In this document: piece after piece, positions 63,801 to 64,000 of the stretch
Layout of the letters: each line of letters begins with the position of its first letter
Position numbering within the stretch: the stretch's first letter is position 1
Origin: Marsupella aquatica
Taxonomy: Eukaryota > Plantae > Marchantiophyta
DNA: 64,000 bases
Direction: 5' to 3'
NCBI GenBank assembly: GCA_973895155.1
Contig: OZ316897.1
Location: 10,687,832 to 10,751,831, forward strand
Made by a program: the position numbers and the translations under genes
Notes under the pieces: model-generated
What the model saw: the letters and a program-made list of their open reading frames with translations, nothing else
Database searches by the model: none
What the model was told of the DNA's origin: nothing

Positions 63801-64000
63801 AATGATTTTAAAGGGTAATAGTGACGCACACATGTAAATAAATAGATTTGTGTCAAGTTTTTTTCTTTTGTTCTCTTACAACCTTGCCAACCATATTTAT
63901 GCGCAATATAGATGAGGGAAGTAGTCCTCTTAATTTTAGTTATCGGCCACGCCTCAGAGTAAAGGGGGTTGGCCGCTGGCCAGTGCGGGGCAAGGCATGT

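Overview
Eukaryotic nuclear DNA from a land plant, most likely seed-free (inferred from a signal-peptide PPO, a PLS-PPR remnant and a CRE-like retroelement). There are three intact intron-rich host genes: DNA primase small subunit (+, ~1984-6989), isopentenyl phosphate kinase (-, 17313-20309) and a secretory-type polyphenol oxidase (+, 56553-59380). They are separated by a dense, nested TE landscape: a 5'-truncated RLE (CRE-like) non-LTR element, a 159-bp MULE-type MITE, a Bianca-like Copia with identical 109-bp LTRs, and a Tnt1/Tork-like Copia (33273-50189). The most striking feature is a ~10.9-kb DNA element inside the 5' leader of the second Copia (33820-44764, 13-bp perfect TIRs, no recognisable TSD). 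It encodes a spliced ~1518-aa transposase with P-element/THAP9-type catalytic motifs but C2H2 fingers plus an AT-hook instead of a THAP domain, and it carries a captured, intron-containing fragment of the Rubisco chaperone gene RAF2. This suggests a gene-capturing ('Pack') P-like transposon family in a land plant. All calls are from reading the sequence by eye; no searches were run.
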